Below, piece after piece: positions 1-13,615 of a stretch of DNA of 64,000 bases. The stretch's first letter is position 1. Each line of letters opens with the position of its first letter. The position numbers were made by a program, and so were the translations under genes. The DNA is from Centroscyllium fabricii (Eukaryota), in assembly GCA_051313645.2 (NCBI GenBank), contig JBNRSN020000018.1:62372001-62436000 (forward strand), read 5' to 3'. Under the pieces are notes generated by a model. That model was not told the DNA's origin, ran no database searches, and was given only the letters and a program-made list of their open reading frames with translations.

Positions 1-722
1 CCCTGTAATTATTTATGACCCTGCGCGGCCCCTTTAACGGGCTGCATGGGCCATTCAAAATACCGCGCATGCGAGATTTTTACATTGAAAAGCCGGCTGC
101 GCTGGGGTTCCCTGGAGCAGTGCGGTGCTGCCTCGCACCCTTTCGGGAGACACTACCAGTGACCATCCTACATTTATGGCCCCTAGGTTTGGTCTGTCTC
201 TTTCCCCCCCCCCCCCCCCCCCCAAAACAAGTGGAGACATCTTCTCCACGTCTGCCCATTGTTGAACCATATGCAAATGAAAGGGTTATTGATCAAACTG
301 GATCTCTGACCCCAGCCCTGCAGAACTACCCTATTTCACAGGTTTCATTGGTTCAGGATTCTTTTGTAGGGAGTGGAAACTCTTGTTTGTATAATAGTAG
401 CTTTCCGACATTGCAACTCCTCAGAGCTCCAGACCATTGGTTGATGCTGTCACTAAGTGCAAGGTTCATAATGTACCCATTATCCAACACATTATCTCTC
501 ACTGCATTAAAATAATTGAAATATGTAAAAAGTATTAAAAATACAAAGGTAATTAAGCAATTTGAATTGCGTTTAAAAAAAAATTGTGATGGTTTAATTA
601 CAAAGCATTACTGCAGTAACTGCAGCATAATATACTTTATAAATACCATAGTAGACGGTAACTGCAGTGAACTAATTCATAAATGATTTGTGTGTTTTAC
701 TTTAGTGTCTTTCTCTTTTCAG

Positions 723-896
723 TCTCTCCAGGCGTTTATAGTCAAGCAAGGAGTGTATGTTTCAGGAACGTCCCCTGAGAGTATGTATAACCTCCTTTCT
801 GAATTGGCTGAATATGGAACTTATTACAGCCGCCTCAGTCACTTCTCTCTTCAGCCGATTCTTGACTCTACGTACAAAAAAGGACTTGTTTTCCAG
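723..896 (+). CDS. TUBGCP6: TUBGCP6 coding exon (first in window, ~human exon 4)
   Basis: ttttcag| SLQAFIVKQGVYVSGTSPESMYNLLSELAEYGTYYSRLSHFSLQPILDSTYKKGLVFQ |gt; matches recalled human GCP6 AQAFVVKRGVHVSGASPES...SKGLVFQ; 174 bp, phase 0/0. Confidence 0.93.
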
Positions 897-1050
897 GTTT
901 CAATCAATTTTGTATTTAGATTTTTTTTGTTATGCTCCACAGCAAAATAATCAATTCAGCGTCCTTGTTTAGATGTAACATTTTGATTATTTCCAGGAAT
1001 GTCAATCACTCCATGTAGTCCACTGAAGTATCATCTTGCGATGCATGTTT

Positions 1051-1439
1051 TGTGTCGCTTCTTTGTCACTGTTTTGACCAACACGATAACTCCAGGGTGA
1101 AGTCCACATCCTCATTAGTCTGATGGCATGATTTTTGACAGTACCTTTAGTTACACAGCTAAAAAAAAAATATTTTCTTTATGCTTGTCATAAATCATAT
1201 GACCCATAAGGACTGACTCATGAAGTAACACTGGGCAGCCAGCTGGTGGTGCCGTCCAAGGAGTATAAATACTCGTGCGTGGGCCCAACTTGCCCAGAGA
1301 CATTTTGGAACAGGAGCTAGTGACTGTTAACTAGACCTCCATGTTTTGAAACAAGTTGATTAAAGCCTTGTTTTATGCTCAAACCAAGTGCATAGTGAGT
1401 TTTATCACGTCACTTGTCATCTTGAATTCGATGGCCGCA
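1051..1439 (+). mobile_element. Solo LTR
   Basis: TG...CA termini, 4-bp TSD gttt on both sides, internal gtataaat (TATA) and attaaa. Confidence 0.6.
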
Positions 1440-1771
1440 GTTTCCCCTACATCGATAGGTCCGTGGCGGGCAATGTCTGTGGCAGGTCCCAGCCTCGTTG
1501 CTGGCTCCGACCCACTGTCCAAGTTGATTTTCCCCTGATTGGACTTGTTAAACCTGCCCAGCGCGTTTTCAGGCCAATTGAGGAGGCGGATCTGATGATG
1601 TCATTTGATGACATGTCCTCAGCCGGTTTCCTTAAAGGGACCATGTGCACATTGATTTTGACAGTTGTCCTGTCCCTGCTCTACAGCATTGAGGTGCTGC
1701 AAACACTGACGAGCACTGCACAAAGGTACACGGCAGCATCCAGACTCTCCCATACCTCCCTCCATATGCTT

Positions 1772-2147
1772 ATAGAAACATAGAAACTAGGAGCAGGAGT
1801 AGGCCATTCAATGAGATCATGGCTGATCATCCAAACCCAGTACCCCGCCCCTGCCCTCTCCCCACATCCCTCGATCCCTATTGAGCCTGCATCGACACAT
1901 ATCCCACCCTATCCCCGTAACCCCACATATTCAATCCCCCTAACACTAAGGGTCAATTTATCCTGGCCAATCAACCTAACCCGCACATCTTTGGATTGTG
2001 GGAGGAAACCGGAGCACCCGGAGGAAACCCACGCAGACACGGGGAGAATGTGCAAACTCCACACAGATAGTACCCGAGGCTGGATTTGAACCCGGGTCTC
2101 CAGTGCTGTGAGACAACAATGCTAACCACTGTGCCACCGTGCCGCCC
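1772..2147 (-). mobile_element. V-SINE (HE1-like, tRNA head, CR1-type tail)
   Basis: Head gggcggcacggtggcacagtggttagca, V-domain tgtgtggagtttgcacattctccccgtgtctgcgtgggtttcctccggg, tail ggcctactcctgctcc(tatgtttc)n. Confidence 0.9.
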
Positions 2148-3095
2148 TTATGGACAGAGTCACAGCACGCAGGGAGATCTCCTCCCTTCCAATCGATGGA
2201 AGGGACCTCCCCAGGAGATCAACGCAGCCTGGTTGCACATTGCACAGGAAAACACAAGCTGGGATGTCGTCAGGAGGACCAGGCTGCAGTGGCACAAACC
2301 TTTCAGTGATCACAAACGTTACTGCAAAGCCACACTGAACCTCATCCTGCGGTACCTCTCATCACATCCCCATCACTCTGCCTTCCCTACCCTACTCCTG
2401 TGCATCCTTACTCACACCAACTTACCTTGCACCTCCACCCATCCCTCTCTGTCTGCATTATCACATCCCCATCTCACTAGCCACCCCTCACACTCACACT
2501 TATCCTCATCCTAGTCCAATCAAACCAACTAACAATACACAAGGGTAAGCACTTGGGTGTTTTATGCAATGTTCATGTGAAGTTTCTGTTAATGTGCTGT
2601 CAAACATTGAAACTTTTATTTTCAACACTTTCTGTGCTTGGACAGATCTGTGTGCACCTTTGGAAGTGGCTTAGTGAGTTGCAGTAAGTCGTGAGACATA
2701 ACTGTACCCTCCCGCAATGGCCATGCGTGTGAAAGGAATGGCTTCGGCATTGTAGGGGTGATTTATGATGTTGGTGTTGGGTGGCAGCCAGGGTGTATAG
2801 CATCAAGTAAAGTAAATCTGGCCATGGTGAGGCCATTCCTGGTGTCCGGGCAGCAATATGGTCAGGTGCTGATGCCCTCTGTCCTGTGCAGCATCAGATG
2901 ATTGCAGAGGAGGTTGTTGGTTTTGGGGCTGATCATGGTGGGATTCTGAAGACCAAGGTGAGATAGTTTCAAGGGTACCGATGCTGATGTAATAGATGGC
3001 AGGTGAACTTGAGATGACATGAGCGACCTGTCAGTGCTGAGAGAGGTTGTTCCAATGAGGTGACACTGGATAGAGTTTACTCCAAACACTTGCAC

Positions 3096-3460
3096 AGAAA
3101 CACAGAAGATAGGAGTAGGAGTAGGCCATTCGGCCCTTCGAGCCTGCTCCGCCATTTTGATGAGATCATGGCTGATCATCCAAACCCAGCACCCCCCTCG
3201 TACTCTCTCCCCATATCCCCCGACACCCCCAACTGTAAGAACTATATCTCACACACATACTCATGGGCCATTTTTAGTATCTCCAATTCACCTAACCTGC
3301 ATGTCTTTGGGTGGTGGGAGGAAACTGGAGTACCCGGAGGAAACCCACACGAACACAGGGAGAACATGCAAACTCCACGCAGAGAGGTCCCAGGCCAAGC
3401 AGGATTCGAACCCAGGAGCTCCTTATTGCGAGGCAGCAGTGCTAACCACTGCGCCACCTG
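3096..3460 (-). mobile_element. V-SINE (diverged subfamily)
   Basis: Same head, V-domain and tail architecture. Confidence 0.85.
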
Positions 3461-6400
3461 CATAAAGCTCAATCTATCTTCCAAATGCAGTAAGCAACAG
3501 CTTTTGAGCTTAGAAACTGAACAGCTGTGAGATGGGAGCTTTTATAGCACATTTGCAGCTGTCAAGTAATATGAGTCCATGGTCATACAACTCCTGACCT
3601 GCTTACCTGATGTGATCTTGGAGTAGTGAAGAACCCGTGGGTGACCTCGTAAAATGTAACGGTGACTCAAAATGCTTCTTAATGGGCTGTAAACAAAGTT
3701 ATAATGACCTGATTTGCCTCCCCCGCCATTGCGTGTCGGGTTTGTTCAGCACTGACAGAAACATACAGGATAGGAGCAGGAGTAGGCTATTCGGCCCCTC
3801 GAGCCTGCTCCGCCATTCAATGCGATCATGGTTGATCATCCAAATTCAGTACCCTGTCCCTGCTTTCGCCCCATACCCCTTCATCCCTTTAGCCTTAAGA
3901 AATATATCCAACTCCTTCTTGAATATATTAATGAATTGGCCTCTACTGTCTTCTGTGGTAGAGAATTCCACAGGTTCACCACTCTCTGGGTGAAGAAATT
4001 CCTCCTCATTTCTGTCCTAAATGGCTTACCCGTTATCCTTAGGCTGTGTCCCCTGGTTCTGGACTCCCCGACCATCGGGAACATCCTTCCTGCATCTAGC
4101 CTGTCAGAATTTTATAAGTTTCAAAGAAATCCCCTCTCATTCTTCTAAACTCCAGCGAGTATAAGCCCAATCGACCCAATCTCTCCTCATACGTCATTCC
4201 TGCCATCCCAGGTATCAGTCTGGTGAATCTTTGCTGCACTCCCTCCATGGCAAGAACATCCTTCCTTAGATAAGGCGACAAAAACTGCACACAATACTCA
4301 AGGTGTGGTCTAACCAAGGCCCTGTACAACCGCAGCAAGACATCCTTGTTCCTGTACTCAAACCCTCTTGCTACGAAGACCAACATACCATTTGCCTTCT
4401 TAACCACCTGCTGCACCTGCATGCTTGCCTTCAGCGACTGGTACACAAGGACACCCAGGTCTCGTTGCACTTCCCCTTCTCCCAATCTATTGCTGTTCAG
4501 ATAATAATCTGCCTTCCTGTTTTTGCCACCAAAGTGGATAACCTTGCATTTATCCTCATTATACTGCATCTGCCATGCTTCTGCCCAATCACCCAACCTG
4601 TCCAAATCATCCTGGAGTTTCTCCGCATCCTCCTCACAGTACACACGCCCACCCAGCTTTGTGTCATCTGCAAACTTGGAGATATTACATCTAGTTCCCT
4701 TGTCTAGATCATTAATATATATTGTGAATAGCTGGGGTCCAAGGACCGATCCCTGCAGTACCCCACTAGTCACTGTCTGCCACTCGGAAAAAGACCCGTT
4801 TATTCCAACTCTTTGCTTTCTGTCTGCCAACCAGTTCTCTATCCAAGTCAATACCTTGCCCCCAATCCCATGTGCCTTAAATTTGCACGCTAATCTCTTA
4901 TGCGGGACTTTATCCAAAGCCTTCTGAAAGTCCAAATACACCACATCCACTGGTTCTCCCTTATCTATTTTACCAGTTACATCCTCAAAAAATTCCAGTA
5001 GACTAGTCCAGCATGATTTACCTTTTGTAAATCCATGTTGACTTTGTCCGATCCTGTCACTGTTTCCCAAGTGCTCTGCTATTATATCTTTTATAGTAGA
5101 CTCTAGCATTTTCCCCACTACCGGTCTGTAATTCTACATTTTCTCTCTACCACCTTTTTTGAATAGTGGGGTAACATCAGCTACCCTCCAATCCGTGGGT
5201 ACTGTTCCAGAGTCTATCGAATGTTGGAAGATGACCAGCAATAGAGTCATAGAGTAATACAGCACAGAAAGAGGCCCTTCGGCCCATCGCGTCCGTGCCG
5301 CCCATCAATCCCAGTCTATACTAGTCCCATTTTCCCGCATTTGGTCCGTAGCCTTGTATGCTGTGACATTTCAAGTGCTCATCCAAATGCTTCTTGAACG
5401 TTGTGAGTGTTCCCGCCTCTACCACCCTTTCAGGCAGTGAGTTCCAGACTCCAACCACCCTCTGGGTGAAAAAGTTCTTCCTCACATCCCCACGATACCT
5501 CCTGCCCCTTACCCTGAAATTATGCCCCCTAGTTATTGACCCCTCGACCAAGGGAAAAAGTTCCACTCCATCCACCCTATCTATTCCCCTCATAATTTTG
5601 TACACCTCAATCAGGTCCCTCCTCAGCCTCCTCTGCTCCAAGGAAAACAACCCCAGCCTATCCAGTCTCTCTTCATAGCTGAAGCTCCCCAGCCCAGGCA
5701 GCATCCTGATGAATCTCCTCTGCACCCTCTCCAAAGCTATTACACCCTTCCTATAGTGTGGCGACCAGAATTGCACACAGTACTCCAGCTGTGGCCTTAC
5801 CAGCGTTTTTTACAGCTCCATCATAACCTCCCTGCTCTTATATTCTATGCCTCGGCTAATGAAGGCAAGTATCCCATATGCCTTTTTAATTAACCACCTT
5901 ATCCACCTGTCCTGCTGCCTTCAGGGACCTATGCACACCAAGGTCCCTCTGATCCTCGGTCTTCCCTAGCGTCCTACCATTCATGGTGTACTCCCTTGCC
6001 ATGTTAGACCTACCGAAATGCATCACCTCACACTTTTCAGGATTAAATTCCATTTGCCACTGTTCTGCCCATCTGACCAACTCATCCAGTGTTGGGAAAG
6101 TTCACACTTAACAAGAGCTAGCTCAAAGTTCAGTTCAATCATTTTAAAATGAACTAGTTCAAGTTCATAGTTCATAATTTTGAACTTAAGTTCGCAGCTC
6201 AAAAATGAACTCGTTCAAAGTTCGTTTTTTTTTTCTTTTCTTTTAATGCGCTGCCCCGAGATATTATTTTTCAATAGAACATCCTCTTATCCATCCACTG
6301 ACAGCCCCCAATCATTGCTACAGCCCATTAAAGAATAATAGAAGCTGATTACTTTATAAGTTTTATCACTGAATCATTGTGTCAGTAGTTTCCTATTATG

Positions 6401-6503
6401 CAGGGGGTAGAGTCAGTTTGGAGCAATGCAAATTATGAAGCAGGAGGAACAAATATCCGATATAGAGAACTGTCTGTATGTATATACACAGGCTGAGTAT
6501 ATA

Positions 6504-6838
6504 GGGCGGCACGGTGGCACAGTGCTTAGCACTGCGGTCTCACAGCACTGGAGACCCGGGTTGAAATCCAGCCTCGGGTACTATCTGTGTGGAGTTTGCA
6601 CATTCTCCCCATGTCTGCGTGGGTTTTTGGCCAGGATAAATTTACCCTTAGTGTTAGGGGGATTGAATATGTGGGGTTATGGGAATAGGGTGGGAATATG
6701 TGTCGGTGCAGGCTCGATAGGGATCGAGGGATATGGGGAGAGGGCAGGTTACAGGGTTTGGATGATCAGCCATGATCTCATTGAATGGTGGAGCAGGCTT
6801 GAAGGGCTTAATGGCCTACTCCTGCTCCTATCTTTCTA
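6504..6838 (+). mobile_element. V-SINE nested in the hAT element
   Basis: tRNA-like head, partly deleted V-domain, CR1-like tail. Confidence 0.88.
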
Positions 6839-6924
6839 AATAGGCAGGTATGTTAGTTAGATCAGAGGTCTCCAGTCCGCGAGTGTAGCAAACGGACCAG
6901 CGCTGGATGTGAAAATCCGTGGCA

Positions 6925-7350
6925 ACCCCCCTCCCCCACTCCCCAACTCCCCACCCCCCCAACACCCCACCCCACCCCCCACCCCCCCAACTCCCCACCC
7001 CACCCCCCACCCCCCCAACTCCCCACCTCCCCCCCACTCCCCACCTCCCCCCCCCCCCCCACTCCCCACTCCCCACCCCCCCCACTCCCCACTCGACACC
7101 CCTACCACACTTCCCACCCCCCCACTTGGATACAAATCCTCCCCCCCCCCCCCACTTGGATACAAGCGATGATAGTTATTTGAAAATTCTCGGCCCGCGA
7201 TCGGGCGCCTAGCAACCCCCCCCCCCCACTGGGATACAAATGCGAGCCCATTCCCCCCCCTCCCCCCACTGCGATACATGTGATGATAGTTATTTGAAAA
7301 ATCTCGGCCCGCGATCGGTCGCCTAGCAACCCCCCCCCCCACTGGGATAC
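6925..7350. repeat. C-rich low-complexity tract with a duplicated ~120-bp unit
   Basis: Runs of C4-C13 separated by A/ACT; gatgatagttatttgaaaa...ggcccgcgatcgg.cgcctagcaacccc occurs twice. Confidence 0.9.
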
Positions 7351-10300
7351 AAATCGGAGGCCAGCGGCAGGGCAAAAAAGAGAGAGAGATAGATACATAC
7401 AAGCAAAGCACTCACCGTCCCGACGCCGACCCGCATGGAAGGCAGCAGCGAGCGCCGCTCACTCCTTGCAAACGGAGCGACGCTCAGATTTTCGCTCAGG
7501 CTGCTGGGAAAGAGCGCGTTCGTTCAGCGTTCACGAAAATGTGAACGCGCTCGTGAACGCGCGCTCATTTAGCGCGCTCACGGCCAACACTGAACTCATC
7601 TATGTCGTCCTGCGTGTTGCAGATTTCCTCCTCGCTATTTACCAACCCACCAACTTTTGTGTCATCTGCAAACTTACTTATTATGCCTTTTACATTCATA
7701 TCTAAATCATTAATATAGACTACAAACAGCAAGGGACCCAACACCGATCCCTGCGGTACCCCACTGGACACAGGCTTCCAGTCGCAAAAACAACCTTCGA
7801 CCATCACCCTCTGCCTTCTGTCACTAAGCCAGTTTTGGATCCACTGTGCCAAGGTGCCCTGGATCCCATGGGTTCTTACCTTCTTGACCAGTCTCCTATG
7901 CGGGACCTTATCAAAAGCCTCACTGAAATCCAAGTATACCACATCCACAGCAGTACCCTCATCCACGCACCTGGTCACCCCTTCAAAAAATTCAATCAAA
8001 TTAGTCAGACATGATCTTCTGTTGACAAAGCCATGCTGACTATCCTTAATTAATCCTTGCCTCTCCAAGTGGAGACTAATTCTGTCCCTCAGGTTCCCTA
8101 TCACTGATGTTAGGCTCACTGGCCTGTAATTCCCTGGTTTATCCCTACTACCTTTCTTGAATAATGGCACTACATTGGGCATTCTCCAGTCCTCCGGCAC
8201 ATCCCCTGTGGCCAGAGAGGTTCTGAAAATTTGTGTCAGAGTCCCTGCAATCTCTTCCTTAGCCTCACCCAGCAGCCTGGGATACATCTCGTCAGGGCCT
8301 GGAGACTTGTCCACTTTTAAGCCTGCTAAAACCGCTAGTACCTCCTCCCTGTCAATACTAATATGATCAAGTGTATCGCATTCCTCCTGTCTTATTTCTG
8401 TGTCCACATTGCCCTTCTCCACAGTAAACACGGATGCAAAAAATTCATTCAAAACCCCACCGACATCCTCTGGCTCTACACACAGATTCCCACTTTGGTC
8501 CCTAATGGGCCCCACCCTTTCCCTCGTTATCCTCTTGCCCTTAATATACTTATAAAACATCTTGGGATTTTCTTTTATTTTGCCCTCCAGGGTTATCTTA
8601 TGGCCTCTCCTCGCTCTCCTAATTTCTTTTTTAAGTAACCTGCTGCACCTTCTATACTCCTCTAGAGCCTCCTCTGTCTTTAGTTCTTTATGTCTGCCGA
8701 AAGGCCCCCTTTTTTCCGAATCAATTCACGTATATCCCTTGACATCCAAGGTTCCCTGGGCTTATTGGTCCCACCCTTGACCTTTAGGGGAACGTTTCCC
8801 TTGTACTTTCTCAATTTCCTTTCTGAACGCCTCCCACTGTTCTGATGCGGACTTTCCTTCGAGTAGCTGGTCCCAGTCCACTTGGGCCAGCTCCTGCCTT
8901 ATATTAATATCGGCCTTGCCCCAATTTAGAAGCTTTATTTCTGGTCCATCTTTGTCCTTTTCCATTACTACCTTAAATATTACCGAATTATGGTCACTGT
9001 CCCCAAAGTGCTCTGCTACTAACACTTCTTCGACTTGCCTGTCCTCATTTCCCAGAATTAAGCCTAATACCGCCCACCCCCCCTCCCTTGTAGGACTTCC
9101 TACTTACTGGCTCAAAAAGCTCTCCTGGATGCACTTTAAGAATTCTGCACCCTCTCAGCCCTTCACACTTTGACTATCCCAGTCAATATTGGGGAATTTG
9201 AAATCCCCTACTATTACTACCCTATACCCTATTACTTCCACACTTCTCTGAGATTTGCTTGCAAATCTGTTCCTCTATTTCCCTCTGCCTGTTTGGGGGT
9301 CTGTAGTATACTCCCAGTAATGTGCTTGCCCCCTTATTTTTAAGTTCCACCCAAATAGCCTCATTAGTGGACCCTGCCAATATATCATCCCTTCTTACAG
9401 CAGTAATTGACTCCTTAATTATTATTGCGACACCCCCTCTTCTTTCCCCCCCCTCCCTGTCTTGCCTGAAGATTCTATACCCCGGAATATTGAGCTGCCA
9501 GTCCTGCCCCTCCCTCAACCATGTCTCTGTAATGGCAACAATATCATATTCCCATGTGTTTAACAACACCTTCAATTCATCCCCCTTATTCGCCAGACTC
9601 CTTGCATTAAAATAAATGCCATTTAACCTTGCCCTACCCCCTTGTGCCGAGACATATTTGTTCTGCCTTCCAAGCTGACTTATTTTTTCCTCTATATTTG
9701 TCTGCACATCACCCCCTATTTTTGCTGCCCTCTGTATCCCATCCCCCTGCCAAGTTAGTTTAAACCACCCCCCCCCCCCCCAACAGTGCTAGCAAACCTC
9801 CCCGCAAGGATATTGGTCCCGTTCTAGTTAAGGTGGAGACCGTCCGACTTGTACAAGTCCCACCTTCCCCAGAAGCAGTCCCAATGATCCAGGAAACTAA
9901 AGCCCTCCCTCCTACACCAACTCTTCAGCCACGCATTAAGCTGCTCTGTCCTTCTATTCCTATACTCACTAGCTCGTGGCACAGGGAGTAATCCAGGGAT
10001 TACAACCTTTGAGGTCCTGCTCCTTAATCGTCTACCTAGCTCCCTGAATTCCTGCTGCAGGACCTCATCCCCCTTTTACCTATGTCGTTGTCCATGCATC
10101 CACTATTTCTCGGGCCACTTCCTTAAGTACCCTAGGATGTAGATTATCAGGCCCTGGGGATTTACCAGCCTGTACATTTTGGAAAGGCGCGTGGCGGCAG
10201 GACGACAGTGAGGTCCCGACCCGCTGTCCAAAAAAAACATTTTCTCACCCGACCTGCCACCGAACGTACCCACTGACCCCTCCCCCCCCAAAATAATTTC

Positions 10301-10614
10301 CTCACATATCAAAGTAAACTGTGCAATTTATAGGAACAAGAGCCCTGCCTGCTCAAGGTCCGAGGGAGTGGAAAATTAAAAACATGTTCTGTGTTCAAAA
10401 GAGATCGTTGCCTTGAACATAAAATCCTAAGCTTTGTAGAGACATAATGCTCATGAAATGTTAGGCCCAGCAATTTATGACTGGGAAGGTGTTTTAATCT
10501 GATCTTAGTTTTCAGAACATAGAAAAAGTTGAACTGTGACAATTATACCAATGTTAACACACCAGTATAAAAATAAAAGTGAAAAAAATTGACCAAATTA
10601 TCCTTTTTTACTAG

Positions 10615-10736
10615 GCTTTTACAAGTGGCTTGAGGAAATACCTGCAATATTATAGAGCTTGTGTGTTGTCAACACCGCCATCATTGAGCCTTTTACCAAT
10701 TGTCTTTCTCTTCAGGAAACTGGGGCGCCAACTAAG
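10615..10736 (+). CDS. TUBGCP6: TUBGCP6 coding exon
   Basis: ctag| AFTSGLRKYLQYYRACVLSTPPSLSLLPIVFLFRKLGRQL(R) |gtcagt; 122 bp. Confidence 0.95.
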
Positions 10737-11569
10737 GTCAGTGTGGTTCCTTTTGTGTAGTGTGTATGTTACAATTAGTCTTAAATTATTAAAGTTTGTG
10801 GTTATCTAGCTTTTGGTTAGGCTAGAAACAGGAATCTTTCATTTTATTCATATCTCTGATTACTCCTTTCATTCTACAGGGATGATTTAATTTGGATTAA
10901 AATATTCTTTTCATGAAATTTGTTGATTTAGTATGTACTTAACATTTTGTGTCTTGGGGCTTTCCTATCGATTCCAAAGACCAAAAATGTATTCTGTGTT
11001 ACTAATAAAGACATAACTTTGTTAAAAGCAAGTTTAGGTGATGTCTTATGCTAACAGCAATGCTTAGTTTAAAAAGCAATCCAGACCTCTTCCATCCACT
11101 CAACTTTCAGTTATTTAGATATCTGAATGTGATTATTAATCTGATTCAGAGGCTTAATTGACATTCAGATTTATGACCATGATGAGTTTACAGCTTCTCT
11201 CTTCAAGGTACTTTAAAAATATATTTACTGAGGTCAATTGAACACTTCAAAAATTCAGGCATTTTACTTTTGCCTACAATGGATTGTGGTGGAATTTTAT
11301 TGGTGACAGGAGTCGTCAAGCCAAAGGAGCAACAGTTGTGACTGGATCCCAACAAGATTATACACAGTACAATTCATTTGTAGTTATTTAGAGGGATTAG
11401 ATTAGAAGTAATATTGCTAGTATATTTTCTAATCAGTTTAATAGTTCATCCATCTGTTTAAATAACATCTAGGATATTGGAACATTTTAGATTTCAAAAT
11501 ATAGCGTAACATGTTTTGTGCGTTTGTTGCTGTGCTGTTGGAGAAATGCATGTTATTTATGACCAGTAT

Positions 11570-13615
11570 GAGCTGATTAGAGAGCATGAATTTGTGAAGG
11601 AAAGGTTTTGTCTAACTAAACTCGTTGACTTTTTTGAGGAGGGTGTTGTCTATATGGACTTCCAGATGGCATTTGAAAAGGTTTCACAGAAGAGATTATT
11701 AGCAAATATGAAAGCCCATGGAATCGGAAGCAACCTTGTGACATGAATTGGTAATTGGTTGGGGTGTTGGAGACGGAGAGTAGGGATAAAGGGAATGTAC
11801 TCTGATTGGGGGAATGTGCCAAATGGTGTTCCCCAGTGATCTGTACTATGGCCTCGGCTTTTCACCATCTATATAAATGACTTAGATAAAGAAATAGAGA
11901 GTTGTATATCCAGGTTTGCAGATGTCATTCAGTTAGGAGGCATAGTAAGTTGTGTAGATGGGAGCAAGAAATTACAAATGGACATAGATTAAATGTGTGT
12001 GCGAAATTGTGGCAGGTGGAGTTCAATGTGGGGTAGTGTGAGGTAATCTACTTTGAATCTAGAAGATTGAGAGGGGATCTCATCGAAACGTATAAAATTC
12101 TAACTGGTCTGGACAGACTTGATGCAGGAAGAATGTTCCCGATGGTTGGAGAGTCCAGAACCAGGGGCCATAGTCTAAGGATAAGGGGTGACTCATTTAG
12201 GACAGAGATGAGGAGGAACTTCTTCTCCCAGAGGGTGGTGGGGCTGTGGAATTTGCTGCTGTGGAAGCTACTACTTTGAATAAATTTAAAACAGAGATAG
12301 ACAGTTTCCTGGAAGTAAAGGGAATTAGGGGTTATGGTGAGCGGGCAGGTAAGTGGACGTGAGGCTAGGTTCAGATCGGCCATGTGATCTCCTGGACCAG
12401 TTTTCGATCGCCTAGATGGGTCGGAGAGGAATTTCCCCGATTTTTTCTCCCAAATTGGCTACTGGGTTTTTTATCTGGTTTTTCGCCTCTCCCAGGTGAT
12501 CACATGGGTTTGGGCGGGGTGGAGAGTTAATATAAAATTGAGGTTCGGATCAGATCAGCCATGATCTTGTTGAAGGCGGAGCAGGCTCGAGGGGCCGATT
12601 GGCCTACTCCTGCTCCTATTTCTTATGTTCTTATGAATCCAAGAAAGATAAATTGAAATACTTGATGTACACAAATCACTAAAAGCTAGTTCACCGGTTC
12701 AAAAAGGCTAATACAGGAAACTCTCTTTTAACCAGCACCTAAATAACCGGAAATCTCTCAACCAGCAAAATTCAGGAGTAGATTCAGGTAAGTTTTACTA
12801 TATATTAGTGGCCGTGTAACCGGAGTTCCTGGATCTGTGGCCGTGTAACCAGGACTCCTGCACAAGTGCCGTGTAACCGGGGCTCCTGCACCTGTGGCCG
12901 TGTACGGGGCTCTCGTACCTTAGTAAGTATACCTTGCTGTAATCCGGATTTTTTGATCAACCGGCACCACGCCGGTCCCGTCAGTGCCGGATAAAAAGAG
13001 TTTCCTGTATAATGTTTGTCTTTATCTCAAGGGAGTTGGAATACAAAAGTGAGGAAGCGATGCTTCAGTATTACAGAACCTTCCAGACTTCATCTGAAGT
13101 ACTGTGTTCAGGAAAGATAATTGACCTTGCAGGGTGCACAGTGCTGATTCACCAGACGTATACCAGGGTTTAAAGAGTTAAATTATGAAGACCGGTTGCA
13201 TAAACTTGATTTTGAATTCCCTTGAATTTTGAAGAATCAAGGGTGATCTAATCAGTGCTTTTAAAATGACACGGGGGTTATATTAGGCCTATCCAGAGAA
13301 ACTGTATCCTCTGATGCTGCAATCCAAAATAAGTGGGCATGATCTTAAAATGGGAGTTAGGCCATTTAGGAGTTTAATCAGAAAGTGCTTCTTCACCCAA
13401 AGAATCGTGGAAATCGAGAACTTCCTCCAAAAGGCTATGGATGCTTGGTCAATTGAAATTTTCAAGGCTGAGATCGCAAGATTTTTGTTGGCTAAGGGTG
13501 TCCAGGGATATGAATCAAAGGTGACGAAGAAGAATTGAGGTACAGATCAGCCATGATCTAATTGAATGGTGGAGCAGGCTTGAGAGGCTGAATGGCCCAC
13601 TCCCGTTCCTATTAT
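11570..13615 (+). mobile_element. Old CR1 remnant containing a younger CR1 3' end (~12060-12635) and a MITE
   Basis: Decayed RT motifs (VYMDFQ.AF.KV; GVPQ.SVL); younger insert RGDLIETYKIL...RRNFFSQRVV with a 3' UTR shared with 39347-39990. Confidence 0.8.
12714..13007. mobile_element. TA-target (Tc1/mariner-pogo type) MITE with internal ~30-bp tandem repeats
   Basis: TIR caggaaactctcttttaacc / ggataaaaagagtttcctg, TA on both sides; gtggccgtgtaaccgg..ctcctg repeated ~4 times. Confidence 0.85.

Larger units (their letters stand above)
1480..3755. mobile_element. Degenerate PIF/Harbinger remnant with Myb/SANT-like ORF fragments, split by two SINEs
   Basis: AASRLSHTSLHML (ends ~1770) resumes as DRVTARREI...PPQEINAAWLHIAQE..S.DVVRRT.LQ..K.F.D after the SINE; trihelix pattern like the Myb ORF at 32087-32323; boundaries approximate. 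Confidence 0.55.
6087..7592. mobile_element. Non-autonomous hAT DNA transposon nested in CR1 B
   Basis: TIR cagtgttgg...ccaacactg; perfect 8-bp TSD aactcatc (6079-6086, 7593-7600); subterminal gttca/tgaac repeats. Confidence 0.92.
5241..10093 (-). mobile_element. CR1 LINE B, near full length and disrupted: ORF1 esterase remnant, APE endonuclease, RT
   Basis: ORF1-like GLLPVPRAS...WCRREGF.FLDHW...DGLHLN (~9757-10090); YFNARS/DIVAITETWL/YYRPP/SDHN endonuclease (8762-9707); RT at 7565-8560 and 5321-6080; (ctatgact)n tail at 5241. Confidence 0.92.
3757..10172 (-). mobile_element. CR1 LINE A (RT plus 3' end), split by a nested CR1 at 5241-10093
   Basis: RT ORF 4096-5118 ([28 protein letters not shown]); sequence ...gatgaccagcaat resumes as gcatccactatttctcgggcc at ~10094. 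Confidence 0.88.

Noticed and set aside
4096-5118. Novel reverse-transcriptase system (retron or DGR-like)
   Set aside because: Ordinary CR1 ORF2 fragment with a typical 3' tail; many similar copies in the window.
6504-6580. tRNA gene
   Set aside because: tRNA-derived head of a V-SINE, continuous with the V-domain and CR1-like tail.
6828-7411. Gly-rich and Pro-rich ORFs
   Set aside because: Translations of a C/G homopolymer tract inside a hAT element.
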